From positions 1 through 38,935 of the IMG/VR virus record IMGVR_UViG_3300045988_103843: a stretch of DNA of 38,935 bases, one strand, 5' to 3'. Origin of the DNA: a virus. Below, in pieces: positions 38,238 through 38,935 of this stretch (position 1 is its first letter; each line of letters starts with the position of its first letter). Below the pieces are notes generated by a model. It was not told where the DNA came from. It ran no database searches and worked only from the letters and a program-made list of their open reading frames with translations. The position numbers and the translations under genes were made by a program.

Positions 38238-38807
38238 CTAACTGAGTTTCTTCCCGACGTCATGTAGCTTCTTCTTATATTTCTCGTGTAGCTCGTGCTG
38301 CATAGGCACGATGACCTGCATGTCGTAATCGACGGCACTCAGCTTGAGTGCCAAGCGGTCGGCATACTCGCACTCGTCGTCGACATCTCGCACGAGCTCG
38401 TAAATCACGCCTGCAGCGGCGACTTCCCCTGCATCATAGAGGTCTTTGGCCGACTTCGCATAGAGCTCTTTCGTGTCGTGTTCCCACTCACACCACGCGT
38501 GCATACCAGTCTCGACAGTCTTGGACTTCGTCTCCGATTCGACTGCTTGTCGTGTGAAATTCGACCACGCGACGGGGATGATGTTGATGTACGTTGTGTT
38601 CGACTCAGGCAAAAGCTGGTTACAGTGGTCGATGAAATAGCGGTGGACGCGGCGCATTGAAATCGTCTCGCAGATGAAATGGTACTCATGCAGGCGTGCG
38701 AAACCTTCCAACCCGAGGAAATTGTAGTAATCTGCCATCTGCTCGTGCATCATCATGCCTTCGATCATGTGGTCAGATACTTTCGCGAACGTGTCAATTA
38801 CTTGCAT
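38238..38807 (-). CDS. Hypothetical protein, possibly a ferritin-like four-helix bundle
   Basis: 189 aa. H/E-rich helices (MIEGMMMHEQMADYY, ARLHEYHFICE, HAWCEWEHD, MQHELHEKY) suggest di-metal ligands. The assignment is tentative. Confidence 0.35.
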   Translation of the reverse strand: MQVIDTFAKVSDHMIEGMMMHEQMADYYNFLGLEGFARLHEYHFICETISMRRVHRYFIDHCNQLLPESNTTYINIIPVAWSNFTRQAVESETKSKTVETGMHAWCEWEHDTKELYAKSAKDLYDAGEVAAAGVIYELVRDVDDECEYADRLALKLSAVDYDMQVIVPMQHELHEKYKKKLHDVGKKLS

Positions 38808-38839
38808 CTTTGCCTTCTCTCAATTCATCCATACTTTGC

Positions 38840-38868
38840 GAAAGGGATGCCTCGACGGCATCCCTTTC
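38840..38868 (-). other. Perfect 12-bp stem-loop about 45 nt downstream (across the circular junction) of the BclA_C-like gene
   Basis: gaaagggatgcc-tcgac-ggcatccctttc. There is no clear U-tract on the minus strand. Confidence 0.4.
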
Positions 38869-38880
38869 TTCAGCCCTGGT

Positions 38881-38935
38881 CGAGATACTGCGCCAGAACT
38901 CTTAATCTGTTATTAGAGCTTCGCGACGACGACCG
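38881..38935. repeat. Terminal direct repeat, copy 2 (identical to 1-55)
   Basis: Exact 55-nt identity with the start of the window. Confidence 0.95.

Overview
The first 55 nt of the window are repeated exactly as its last 55 nt, so I read it as one complete, circularly closed dsDNA phage genome of about 38,880 unique bp. It is visibly GC-rich (not computed). All but one convincing gene lies on the minus strand.

Organisation in transcription order:
- **Early/replication operon (37528 down to 27848):** Cro-like HTH, SNF2 helicase, VRR-NUC, a Cas4-like nuclease fused to a Sak4-like ATPase, DUF669, family-B DNA polymerase and a primase-helicase. These are followed by a nucleotide cassette of Tmk-like kinase, T4 gp42-like pyrimidine hydroxymethylase, dUTPase and dCMP deaminase.
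- **One insulated plus-strand gene (27493-27738).**
- **Two short operons of small accessory genes (27323 down to 21755):** two MazG-like NTP pyrophosphatases, an ADP-ribosylglycohydrolase, tandem paralogs and Cys-rich zinc-ribbon-like proteins.
- **Late operon (20975 down to 33, wrapping to 38807-37920):** TerS, TerL, portal, a MuF/gp7-like head protein with a C-terminal ADP-ribosyltransferase domain, scaffold, capsid, neck, major tail, a G/GT chaperone with a -1 frameshift, tape measure, Dit, collagen-like fibres, holin, amidase endolysin and six accessory genes.

I saw no integrase, CI-type repressor, tRNA or CRISPR array.

Main leads:
1. A contiguous cytosine-modification cassette. Its thymidylate-synthase-fold enzyme carries the Asn->Asp specificity switch of T4 dCMP hydroxymethylase, and no glycosyltransferase was recognised.
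2. A virion-associated ART domain paired with an early-expressed ARH.
3. Two collinear non-coding hubs of about 300-400 bp, placed just upstream of the early-operon head and, about 0.2 kb farther out, the late-operon head. Each has arrays of ACCTGTCACACTG and AAACGCGACGTAG motifs and an inverted repeat flanking an AT-rich spacer of exactly 39 nt.

All family assignments come from motifs read by eye. No database search was run.
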